DNA of 64,000 bases from Marsupella aquatica. Its lineage: Eukaryota; Plantae; Marchantiophyta. The notes below the pieces were generated by a model, which worked only from the letters and a program-made list of their open reading frames with translations, made no database searches and was not told the origin of the DNA. A program made the position numbers and the translations under genes. Below are positions 63,766 to 64,000 of the stretch, piece by piece. Positions within the stretch are counted from its first letter, which is position 1; each line of letters starts with the position of its first letter. The DNA lies in assembly GCA_973895155.1 (NCBI GenBank), contig OZ316895.1, positions 22,332,558 through 22,396,557 of the forward strand. The letters run 5' to 3'.

Positions 63766-64000
63766 ATGGTCAATTTTGACAAAGTATTGTCACGGCATGT
63801 ACATACAATTGAACAAGGGCGAGTGTCGAAGAGCAGCCCGCGAGGCGATGGCTTGGCGGGTTGGCTGAAATGGGCCCGGAATACTGCGCCAAGGCGATAG
63901 GGACAGCCCGGTCTTGCCCCTTTGGGAAAGGTGCCCAGAGGCACCTCACGGCAAGGGACAGGCTGCCCGGAAACACCACTGACTGCAAAAACTGGTAATC
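63766..64000 (-). repeat. Right TIR (truncated by the window end)
   Basis: Reverse complement of 55232-55466. Confidence 0.97.

Larger units (their letters stand above)
55156..64000. mobile_element. Mutator-like (MULE) autonomous-type DNA transposon, at least 8.8 kb, three genes, right end beyond the window
   Basis: Inverted repeat 55232-55466 / 63766-64000 (233 of 235 identical) encloses a DDE-SWIM transposase and two convergent accessory genes. The left boundary is estimated from the AT-to-GC shift near 55155. The TSD cannot be seen. Confidence 0.9.

Overview
This is eukaryotic land-plant nuclear DNA, probably from a bryophyte such as a liverwort. That assignment is inferred from the Y41-type intronless H3.1, the long GC-rich 5' leaders and protein divergence. 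Bases 1-52 kb hold eight conserved host genes whose GT-AG exon structures could be rebuilt by hand: ClpR1 (-), histone H3.1 (+), a phosphoglycerate-mutase-like histidine phosphatase (-), C-terminal SUN1/2 (+), Asterix (-), a DEAD-box helicase of the RH33/RH48 type (+), ING2 (+) and AXY9 (-). The AT-rich spacers carry MITEs, tRNA-derived repeats, tandem duplications and decayed TE relics. The most notable feature runs from about 55.2 kb past the window end: a young Mutator-like (MULE) DNA transposon with TIRs of at least 235 bp that differ at only 2 positions. It encodes a 6-exon DDE/SWIM transposase on the minus strand. Two accessory genes face it on the plus strand: an RPA70 DBD-C-like zinc-ribbon OB-fold protein and an unrecognised ~576-aa protein with a C2H2-like finger and an acidic tail. 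All homology calls come from motif recognition by eye; no database searches were run.
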